Shown here: piece by piece, positions 1 through 6,790 of the stretch | Layout of the letters: every line of letters starts with the position of its first letter | Position numbering within the stretch: position 1 is the stretch's first letter | From: Solirubrobacteraceae bacterium | GTDB taxonomy: Bacteria; Actinomycetota; Thermoleophilia; Solirubrobacterales; Solirubrobacteraceae | Length of the DNA: 64,000 bases | Reading direction: 5' to 3' | Assembly: GCA_045805565.1 (NCBI GenBank) | Contig: JBJMKZ010000050.1 | Coordinates: 13,858 to 77,857 of the forward strand | Program-made: the position numbers and the translations under genes | The notes under the pieces: model-generated | Told to the model about the DNA's origin: nothing | What the model saw: only the letters and a program-made list of their open reading frames with translations | Databases searched by the model: none

Positions 1-132
1 TGGGTGGGCATGGTCACCGCGCTCGCCTTGCTGACCAGCACCACCAGTACGCTCGGCCTGCTGATATACGGAGTGGCTCTGCTCGTCGGCCTGGCGGCCA
101 TCGGGCTGGGCCTGGCCATCCGGCGGACTTGA
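1..132 (+). CDS. 3' end of a gene cut by the window edge; hydrophobic C-terminal tail of a membrane protein
   Basis: Frame 1 is open from base 1 to TGA at 130-132 (..VTALALLTSTTSTLGLLIYGVALLVGLAAIGLGLAIRRT*). Third positions are GC-rich and there is one TM-like helix. No start codon lies inside the window. Confidence 0.35.
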   Translation, partial: WVGMVTALALLTSTTSTLGLLIYGVALLVGLAAIGLGLAIRRT

Positions 133-136
133 TCCG

Positions 137-1561
137 ATGATGCTGCCGTCCAGAGTCGTCATCCTCGCCCTGGCGCTCGCGGCCACCGCCGGAGGCGCGG
201 CCGCGATCACGGGGTTCGCGCCCGGCCGAGCCGGCAGCCACGCTCCGGCGGCGGCGCGGATCGACACTGCCGGCAGAGGCGGCGCGACCGCGGCGCGGAC
301 GGTGGTGTTCGGGCACTCGGTGCGTGGGCGGGCGCTGGTGGCGCGCGAGCGGGGCGGCCCGGGAACGGCGCGGCGGGTGCTGGTGGTGGGCTGCATCCAC
401 GGGAACGAGTGCGCGGGCCAAGCGGTCACCCGGCGGCTGGCCGCGCTCGGGGTCGCTGCGGGCGCCGACCTCTGGCTGGTGGACAACGCCAATCCCGACG
501 GGACGGCGCTGCGTCGGCGACAGAACGCCCATGGAGTGGATCTGAACCGCAACTTTCCCTACCGCTGGCGGCAGCTGGATCATCCCGGCGGGTCGTACTG
601 GTCCGGTCCACGCCCGCTTTCGGAGCCGGAATCCCGGGCGTTGCGGCGGCTCATCCTGCGCCTGCGCCCGGACGTGACGATCTGGTACCACCAGCACATG
701 CGGCTGGTCGACCAGTCCGGCGGCGATGCGGCGGTCGAGCGCCGCTACGCCGGCCTGGTGGGACTCCCGCTGCGGCGACTGGCCCGTTTTCCCGGCAGCG
801 TCAGCAGCTGGCAGGACCGCTATCTGTCCGGGTCCACCGCGTTCGTCGTCGAGCTGCCCGCGGGACGGCTGGCGCCGTCCGCGGTGACCAGGCACGCGGC
901 GGCGGTGCTGGCACTGGCGGGGGCAAGCTCGCGGCGCCCGGCGGCCGCCGCCATCACCACCCCCCCGACCAGGGCGCCGCCGTCGCTGCGCCCGCCGATT
1001 CGCCAGTGGCGCATACCGTTCACGAACCGCCGGCGCGCCGAGATGGCGGCCTACGCCCGCCGTCACTACGGCGTGTCGACCTGGCGGCTGGTGATGCCGA
1101 AGGTGATCGTCGAGCACTACTCCGACACCTCCACCGCCAGCGCGGTCTACAACACCTTCGCTCCCGACCGCCCCGACCCGGAGCTCCACGAGCTGCCCGG
1201 CACCTGCGCTCACTTCGTGGTCTCCCCCCAGGGGACGATCTTCCAGCTGGTCGACCTGGGGACGATGTGCCGCCATGCCCTCGGGCTCAACTACATCGCG
1301 ATCGGGATCGAGCACGCCGGCTTCTCGGACGGTCAGGTCATGGGCAATCCCCGCGAGCTCGCCGCCTCGCTGCGACTCACGCGCTGGCTGCGCTGCCTCT
1401 ACGGAATCCAAGTGCGCAACGTGATCGGTCACGCGGAGGCGCTCTCCTCGCCCTACCACCGCGAGCGCATCGCCCGCCTGCGCAATCAGACCCACGGGGA
1501 CTTCGCCCGCCCGGCGATGACGCGCTACCGGGCGCGCCTGGCCCGCCTGCCGTGCCGGTAG
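137..1561 (+). CDS. Secreted bifunctional peptidoglycan hydrolase: N-terminal M14 zinc carboxypeptidase domain fused to C-terminal N-acetylmuramoyl-L-alanine amidase (Amidase_2/PGRP) domain
   Basis: 474-aa ORF with an N-terminal signal-like segment (MMLPSRVVILALALAATAGGAAA). M14 motifs: HGNECAG (HxxE), NPDG, NRNFP, WYHQH. The C-terminal half carries Amidase_2-like blocks (VIVEHYSDT.., CAHFVVS, IAIGIEHAG, NVIGHAE). Confidence 0.8.
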   Translation: MMLPSRVVILALALAATAGGAAAITGFAPGRAGSHAPAAARIDTAGRGGATAARTVVFGHSVRGRALVARERGGPGTARRVLVVGCIHGNECAGQAVTRRLAALGVAAGADLWLVDNANPDGTALRRRQNAHGVDLNRNFPYRWRQLDHPGGSYWSGPRPLSEPESRALRRLILRLRPDVTIWYHQHMRLVDQSGGDAAVERRYAGLVGLPLRRLARFPGSVSSWQDRYLSGSTAFVVELPAGRLAPSAVTRHAAAVLALAGASSRRPAAAAITTPPTRAPPSLRPPIRQWRIPFTNRRRAEMAAYARRHYGVSTWRLVMPKVIVEHYSDTSTASAVYNTFAPDRPDPELHELPGTCAHFVVSPQGTIFQLVDLGTMCRHALGLNYIAIGIEHAGFSDGQVMGNPRELAASLRLTRWLRCLYGIQVRNVIGHAEALSSPYHRERIARLRNQTHGDFARPAMTRYRARLARLPCR

Positions 1562-1583
1562 CCCGCCCGGCGACCAGTGGTGC

Positions 1584-2276
1584 TCAGGGCTCGGCTCGCG
1601 GGCGCGGCGGCACGCCGGAGCGGCGCATCATCGCGGCGCTCAACGCCACCGTCCACACGAGGGCCGCGATCGGCGCAACGAACCCGTAGGCCCCCCCGAC
1701 CGCGAAGAACCCGCTCCGGGCGAAGAGCGCGATCCCGGCCGGTAGCTGGAGCACCGCCGCGACGCTCCCGCTCCAATACAGCGCCGGCGACAACGCCCCA
1801 CTGCGGGCTCCCGAGCAGGATGCCGCCGCGAAGAACGTCGCGAAGCCGAATGCCGAGAGCGTGAAGAAGGCGCTGGCCGCGTCGTAGAAGGCTCTGACCA
1901 GGTCGGCGTTGGCGCCGGCCGCGACGTCGAACGCGATCCCGTTGAACAGCGCGGCGCCCGCGACCACCAGGGTCACGCCCGCGACGCCGCCCCCGAACGC
2001 GGCCGCCGAAAGCCGTCCCTCGCCTCCTTCGCCGGAGCGCAGGTACGAGCGCGCCGCGCCCAGGAACCAGATGAAGAGCACCAGGCTCACGCCCAGCAGG
2101 AGGTCGCCCACGAGCACCTGCTCGCGCCCGGCGACGAAGAATCTCCTTATCTGGTTCGAGGAGGCGTTCGCGGCGGGCGGAATGCCCGGCAGCACCAGCG
2201 CCACGAAGGCGACGACCGCGAACGCGATGCCGGTGGCCGCGTCCCACCGCCGGCCCCTCTCATCGGCAACCGTCAT
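1584..2276 (-). CDS. Integral membrane protein, uncharacterized (about 6 TM helices)
   Basis: The ORF is 1584..2312. I place the start at ATG 2274-2276 (MTVADERG..) because AAGGAG lies about 10 nt upstream. The product is hydrophobic and Ala/Gly/Phe-rich with repeated TM segments. Confidence 0.6.
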   Translation of the reverse strand: MTVADERGRRWDAATGIAFAVVAFVALVLPGIPPAANASSNQIRRFFVAGREQVLVGDLLLGVSLVLFIWFLGAARSYLRSGEGGEGRLSAAAFGGGVAGVTLVVAGAALFNGIAFDVAAGANADLVRAFYDAASAFFTLSAFGFATFFAAASCSGARSGALSPALYWSGSVAAVLQLPAGIALFARSGFFAVGGAYGFVAPIAALVWTVALSAAMMRRSGVPPRPRAEP

Positions 2277-2376
2277 GTCACCCGTTCTCCTTTCGCATTC
2301 ACCCGGGCTCATCCTCTCCGCCGGCGCCGCGCGGCGTCAAATCGCGCCGCGACGAGCGCTCGTTAGGGTTCCCCCC

Positions 2377-2808
2377 GTGCACGCCGAGCCCGAGACCCCA
2401 GGGGAGCAGAAGCCCCTCGAGCTGATCCTGGCGCGCAATCTCCTTTCGAGCATCTCCACCCCGGGCTTCCTGGTCGACATGGACGGGATGCTGGTGTTCT
2501 TCAACGAGGCAGCCGGCGCGATGCTCGGCAAGCACTTCGAGGAGACGGGAAAGATGGCGCCCGAGGAGTGGAGCCGGGCGTTCGGCCCCTACGATCGCAA
2601 AGGCCGAGCGATGAACATCGACGAGTTGCCGCTCACGATCGCGCTGCGCGAGGGCTGTCCGGCCCATGACTCGTTCACGCTCCAGTCGGCGGGCGGAGAG
2701 CGCCGGGAGGTCGAGGTGAGCGCGTTCCCGCTGGTCGCGGCGGGGGGCGGCTTTCGCGGCGCACTGGCCATCTTCTGGCCGGTCGGCAGCGGGAGACGCA
2801 AGCGATGA
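2377..2808 (+). CDS. Stand-alone PAS-domain sensor protein
   Basis: GTG at 2377 is the first start after the divergent membrane gene. The PAS-like core reads LLSSISTPGFLVDMDGMLVFFNEAAGAMLG...EVEVSAFPL. The longer ORF from 1909 overlaps the opposite-strand gene and is Pro/Ser/Thr junk. Confidence 0.65.
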   Translation: MHAEPETPGEQKPLELILARNLLSSISTPGFLVDMDGMLVFFNEAAGAMLGKHFEETGKMAPEEWSRAFGPYDRKGRAMNIDELPLTIALREGCPAHDSFTLQSAGGERREVEVSAFPLVAAGGGFRGALAIFWPVGSGRRKR

Positions 2809-3716
2809 AGCTCAAGGTGTGGGGGGCGCGCGGCTCGATCCCGTCGCCGGGGCCCGAGACGACCCGCTACGGCGGCAACACCTCGTGCCTGCAGGTGACC
2901 CTCAGCGACGGCTCCATGCTGGTCCTCGACGCCGGAACCGGGATCCGCAATCTCGGTTTGATGCTCGCCGGCGCCGTGCCGCGCCTTCACATCCTGCTGA
3001 CCCATTTGCATCTCGACCACATCCAGGGGCTGATGTTCTTCGCCCCCTGCTTCAGGCCGCAGTCCGAGATCATCATCTGGGGGCCCGCGTCTCCCGAGGC
3101 GTCCCTGGAGGACCGCATCGCGCGCTACATCTCGGCGCCCCTGTCGCCGGTGGAGGTGCGCGAGCTGCCCTGCTCGGTCTCCTTCCGGGAGGCGCCGACG
3201 ACCGACTGGGAGATCGGGTCGGCGCGGGTGCGGGCGGCTTCGGTCGCCCACCGCGGGCCCACGCTGGGCTACCGGATCACCGATGGGGGCCGGTCCCTCT
3301 GCTACATCCCCGACCACGAGCCGGCCCTGGGCGCGGACCTGTCAGCGCTGGAGCCCGAATGGATGTCGGGTTACGAGCTGGCGTGCGGCGCATCGCTGCT
3401 GGTGCACGACTGCCAGTACGCGGACGACGAGTATCCGCACCACGTCGGGTGGGGGCATTCGGGGCTCAGCGACGCGCTCGTCTTCGCGCGTCGGGTCGAG
3501 GCGGAGCGCACGCTCCTGTTCCATCACGACCCGCTCCATTCGGACGACCGGCTCGACGCGCTCTGCGGGGCGGCGATGGGCCGCTGGGAGAAGCTGGGGG
3601 GGAGCGCGGATTGCCTGGAGATGGCCACCGAGCGCCGCGAGATCGACCTCTCGGGCACGCGCGCCGCCTCGATCCGCTCAGAAGCCGAGCCTAGCGCGCC
3701 GCCGGCTTCGCGCTAG
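2805..3716 (+). CDS. MBL-fold metallo-hydrolase (Lactamase_B_2 type, possible phosphodiesterase)
   Basis: ATGA overlap with the PAS gene stop. N-terminus KVWGARGSIPSPGPETTRYGGNTSC, metal motif HLHLDH, later DHEP and HHD. Confidence 0.8.
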   Translation: MKLKVWGARGSIPSPGPETTRYGGNTSCLQVTLSDGSMLVLDAGTGIRNLGLMLAGAVPRLHILLTHLHLDHIQGLMFFAPCFRPQSEIIIWGPASPEASLEDRIARYISAPLSPVEVRELPCSVSFREAPTTDWEIGSARVRAASVAHRGPTLGYRITDGGRSLCYIPDHEPALGADLSALEPEWMSGYELACGASLLVHDCQYADDEYPHHVGWGHSGLSDALVFARRVEAERTLLFHHDPLHSDDRLDALCGAAMGRWEKLGGSADCLEMATERREIDLSGTRAASIRSEAEPSAPPASR

Positions 3717-4351
3717 CTGACGGCCAGGGTGCCGTGCATGCCGGCCTGGCGGTGGGAGTCGACCGAGCAGTAGAAGGTGTAGGTCCCGGGACGAAGGGGC
3801 ACCGTCGCGGTGGTCTTCGACTGGCTGATCTGCCTGGTCCCGCCGATTCTCCGTCCGCCGCTCTCGATCGTCACGTCGTGGGGAAGCGGCGATTGGTTGG
3901 TGAACTGGATCGTCACCTTGCCGGCCCGGGCGCTCAGCGCCTTCTGCTGGTAGGCGAGCTGGCCCGAGGGATCGGCCGCCACCTGGACGGCGCCGCCTGC
4001 CCGCGCGGGCGACGGCCCTCCCCCGGACGCACCGCCGAGCTGGCCCTGGGGCGGCGACGCCTGCCCGGTCTGCGATGCGCCGGCGGGCTGCTCACGCCCC
4101 TCCTGCTTGGTCGGCCTGCTCGCGGTGGCGACCGCCGTCACCATCGTCGCCGCCACCAGCAGCGCGCTGAGCCCCATCACCGCGCGGGCGCGGCCCGGTG
4201 ACTCCGGGAACCCGGGGCGTGACAGCCCGATGGCCGACAGGACGACCGCCCATGCGGCCAGCAGGCCACCGAGCAGGTAGAAGGGCGCCTTGCTCGGCGC
4301 CCCGGCGGCGAGGACGTGGAGGAGAGCCGCTGGGTTGGCGGGGTCCGGCAT
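3713..4351 (-). CDS. Membrane-anchored cupredoxin (plastocyanin/azurin-family type-1 copper protein)
   Basis: Two N-terminal TM helices and a Gly/Pro/Gln linker. The C-terminal cupredoxin carries the ligand pattern PHDV...YCSVDSHRQAGMHG (H..C..H..M). Confidence 0.75.
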   Translation of the reverse strand: MPDPANPAALLHVLAAGAPSKAPFYLLGGLLAAWAVVLSAIGLSRPGFPESPGRARAVMGLSALLVAATMVTAVATASRPTKQEGREQPAGASQTGQASPPQGQLGGASGGGPSPARAGGAVQVAADPSGQLAYQQKALSARAGKVTIQFTNQSPLPHDVTIESGGRRIGGTRQISQSKTTATVPLRPGTYTFYCSVDSHRQAGMHGTLAVS

Positions 4352-4379
4352 CGGCGCGGCGAGACTAGCCGATCGCCCG

Positions 4380-5201
4380 CTACAGCCTGAGCTGCGCCGC
4401 GTACGGGCCGCGGCCGGTGAGGCAGGCGGCGCCGCAGCGGGCCGCGAGGTCGAGCGCTGCCTCCACCCCCCCGCTGGCCAGCCCGAAGGTCAGACCGGCG
4501 GCGAACGAGTCTCCGCAGCCGTAGGAGTCGACGACCGCACCGGGGAGCGGCGCCGCCCGGAAGCTCCCGCTGCGACCCTCCGCGCCCGCGTAGTGGCCGC
4601 CGCGGGGTCCTGCGGTGGACACGACCAGTCGTGGTGCCGGGTCGATCTCGCCCGGATTCACGCGCTCGCCCGCGTCGCTCTCGCTCATGACCAGCGCGTC
4701 CAGAGCCACTCCGGCGCGCGACAGCGTCTCCCGCGCCCGGGAAGTCGCGACCAGGACGCGCGCCGCCCGCGCGGCGCGCAGCGCCCCCGGATCGCCGCCG
4801 GTGAAGTAGACGGCGTCGGCCCCCGAGATCTCCTCCCAGGGAAGCGGATCCGAGCCGGCGGGGACCAGCCGCTCGCCGATCACGGTGATGGTTCGCTCGC
4901 CGTCGCGGTCGGTGAAGGTGAATGCTCGACGCTGGGGCGCCGGTCGCCAGGCGACTTGGAGGCGCACGCCCTTCGCCGTCAGCTCGGCCACCGATCGCTG
5001 CCCCAGCTCGTCGTCGCCCAGCGCGGTGAAGAAGTCGGCCGCGCCGGCCAGCTTCACCAGCTGGACCGCCGCCACCGCGCCTCCCCCGCCCGCCTCCTCC
5101 CAGGCGTCGAGCGCGTGCACGATCTCGCCCGAGCGGGGCACCCGGTCCACGTGCGCGAACTCCACCCACTCGACGTGGCCGACGACCGCGACGCGCATCA
5201 C
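4380..5201 (-). CDS. PfkB-family carbohydrate kinase (ribokinase-like)
   Basis: 273 aa. It has the GG dipeptide region (EEAGGGGAV) and the C-terminal PfkB signature DSYGCGDSFAAG. Confidence 0.8.
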   Translation of the reverse strand: MMRVAVVGHVEWVEFAHVDRVPRSGEIVHALDAWEEAGGGGAVAAVQLVKLAGAADFFTALGDDELGQRSVAELTAKGVRLQVAWRPAPQRRAFTFTDRDGERTITVIGERLVPAGSDPLPWEEISGADAVYFTGGDPGALRAARAARVLVATSRARETLSRAGVALDALVMSESDAGERVNPGEIDPAPRLVVSTAGPRGGHYAGAEGRSGSFRAAPLPGAVVDSYGCGDSFAAGLTFGLASGGVEAALDLAARCGAACLTGRGPYAAQLRL

Positions 5202-5277
5202 CCGGTCAGTCTGTCAGCGCGGCGGGAGCAGACGGGCGGCTGGCGCGGCCTCGCCCGAACGGGCGCGCCGAGCCGGT

Positions 5278-6279
5278 CTAGCTGCCGTAGACCGGGAGAT
5301 CGTAGTCCAGCGGCGCGTGGTAGGTCGCCGCCGATGCCCGCGCGGACCGCCCGCTGGAGCTCAGGCGGGCACCCCCAGGCAGATACTTGAGCGGGTCCAC
5401 CACGGTGGCCCACATGCGGGTGCCGGTGCGCACCTCGAAGTGAAGGTGCGGGCCCGTGCAGTTGCCGGTGCACCCGCTGCGCGCGATCACCTGGCCCTGG
5501 CTCACCGACGCGCCCACGGTGGTGAGGAACTCCGACAGGTGCGCATAGCAGGTGCTGAGCGTCGCGTGCGCGACGCAGATGAAGTTGCCGTAGCCGCCCT
5601 CCGGGCCGACGAAGATGACCCTCCCGCTCGCGGCGACGTGGACCGACGTCCCGGAGGGGACGGCGATGTCGACGCCCGAGTGGTAGTGGTCGCCGCGATA
5701 CTCGCCGAACGGGCCGGTGATCAGGCGGCTCGGGACCGGCCACGCCAGACCCTGCGAGGAGGGGGCGCCCCGGTTGCCCTGGTCGATCGGCTGCTGGTCC
5801 TTGTGGACGATCACCACCGCGGCGGGGCTCGGCAGCGAGGCCGCCGCCGCCGCGAGGACGATGCGCCCGGTGCTCGCACGCTTGGGCACCGTCACGTCCA
5901 CGCTCATGCGCCCGACTCCGTCGGGCGAGACGCGGACGTCGTCGCGGGAGCCCGGCCCGCCGCCGAAGATCACCGCTCGAACGCCCGAGAGGTTGACGCC
6001 GCGCACCTTGAGGCGGCCGGAGTCGCGCACGCTGACCGACCGGCTCCCGGTCGATGCGGACCTCGCCCCGCAGGCGGAGAGGCAGGAGATTCCGGTGATC
6101 ACCGGGCGCTGAGCGAACTGGGTGCCGCCGTACGCGGAGGAGCCACCCGCGTTGCCTGCGCCGGAGCCTCCGCCCCGAGCGCCGGCGGGCGCCGCCGGGA
6201 CGAGCGTGCAGAGAACGGCCATGGCGTATGCCGCGGCCAGTGTCCGGCTATTCCGTTTGCCCGACCGAGCACGTTCCAC
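5278..6279 (-). CDS. Secreted M23-family peptidoglycan endopeptidase
   Basis: GTG start with AAAGGGAAG 7 nt upstream and a signal peptide (RTLAAAYAMAVLCTLVPAAPAGA). M23 motifs: HYHSGVDIA, GGYGNFICVAH, GPHLHFEV. Confidence 0.85.
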   Translation of the reverse strand: MERARSGKRNSRTLAAAYAMAVLCTLVPAAPAGARGGGSGAGNAGGSSAYGGTQFAQRPVITGISCLSACGARSASTGSRSVSVRDSGRLKVRGVNLSGVRAVIFGGGPGSRDDVRVSPDGVGRMSVDVTVPKRASTGRIVLAAAAASLPSPAAVVIVHKDQQPIDQGNRGAPSSQGLAWPVPSRLITGPFGEYRGDHYHSGVDIAVPSGTSVHVAASGRVIFVGPEGGYGNFICVAHATLSTCYAHLSEFLTTVGASVSQGQVIARSGCTGNCTGPHLHFEVRTGTRMWATVVDPLKYLPGGARLSSSGRSARASAATYHAPLDYDLPVYGS

Positions 6280-6300
6280 GTGCGGTCTTCCCTTTGCTCA

Positions 6301-6450
6301 GGCCTACGGGGTTAGCTGACGGGCTCGCGCTGAAAGGGCAGCGCTACCAGGCGGTTGTGCCTCGATTCGCCCCACGACGCCCTAGCGGGCGCCGAGCGGT
6401 TCCCCCGCTCCCTCGGCTTGTACACGGCAAGCCGAGGGATTCGGCAAGAC
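6301..6450 (-). promoter_or_regulatory. cyclic-di-AMP riboswitch (ydaO-yuaA class) in the 5' leader of the M23 peptidase gene
   Basis: The reverse strand reads UUGCCGAAUCCCUCGGC..GCCGAGGGAGCGGGGGAACC..GUGGGGCGAAUCGAGGC..GAGCCCGUCAGCUAACCCCGUAGGC. This reproduces the conserved blocks of the class (AAUC / GAGCGGGGGACC / GGGGUGAAUC / CCGUCAGCUAACCUCGUAAGC). It ends about 10 nt before the SD of the downstream gene. Confidence 0.85.
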
Positions 6451-6465
6451 TTGTTGCAGCGCGGC

Positions 6466-6493
6466 AGTATACAGCGACCCTCCAGACGTCAAA
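6466..6493 (-). promoter_or_regulatory. sigma70-like promoter driving the riboswitch/M23 transcript
   Basis: The reverse strand reads aaaggTTTGACGtctggagggtcgcTGTATACTgcc. The -35 is TTGACG (6492-6487), the -10 is TATACT (6471-6466), and the spacer is 15-16 nt. The site lies about 15 nt upstream of the first riboswitch block, in an AT-rich patch unusual for this sequence. Confidence 0.55.
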
Positions 6494-6619
6494 CCTTTAT
6501 TTCGCGCCGTCGCGGCTACCTCCTTCCCACCGCCTCGCGGCTTCCCGATCCCGGCGCGATTACGGCGGCGGACGACGGGTAGCGCTGGTGGCAAAGCCCC
6601 CGATTCACGGAGGAGCCCG

Positions 6620-6790
6620 ATGGAGACTCCCGAGCAATCTCCGGATGATCTGAGGGAGGAGACCGAGCAGGGCGGCCACGACGATCCCGAGTCCGGCGGC
6701 GAGGCCGACCAGCGCTCCGACGACCCGGAGAACGCGCCCGACCAGGACAGCAGCGCCCAGACCGGAGCCGAGCAGGGCCGCGGCTTCTAG
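6620..6790 (+). CDS. Small (56 aa) highly acidic hypothetical protein
   Basis: Not in the ORF track (under 60 aa). ATG at 6620 is preceded by GGAGGAG 5 nt upstream. Third positions are strongly GC-biased. Product: METPEQSPDDLREETEQGGHDDPESGGEADQRSDDPENAPDQDSSAQTGAEQGRGF. Its TAG overlaps the pepF stop in a CTAG. Confidence 0.4.
   Translation: METPEQSPDDLREETEQGGHDDPESGGEADQRSDDPENAPDQDSSAQTGAEQGRGF

Noticed and set aside
14-1495. 493-aa ORF antisense to the M14/amidase gene
   Set aside because: The translation is Arg/Gly/Pro/Ala-rich with no motifs. It fully overlaps a gene with clear catalytic motifs on the other strand. This is the typical long open antisense frame of very GC-rich DNA.
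1909-2376. Upstream part of the 299-aa ORF containing the PAS domain
   Set aside because: It overlaps the well-supported minus-strand membrane gene and is a Pro/Ser/Thr/Ala-rich low-complexity translation. GTG 2377 gives a clean PAS-only protein. The same reasoning was applied to 9930-10310, 26737-27333, 40492-41610 and 50300-51469.
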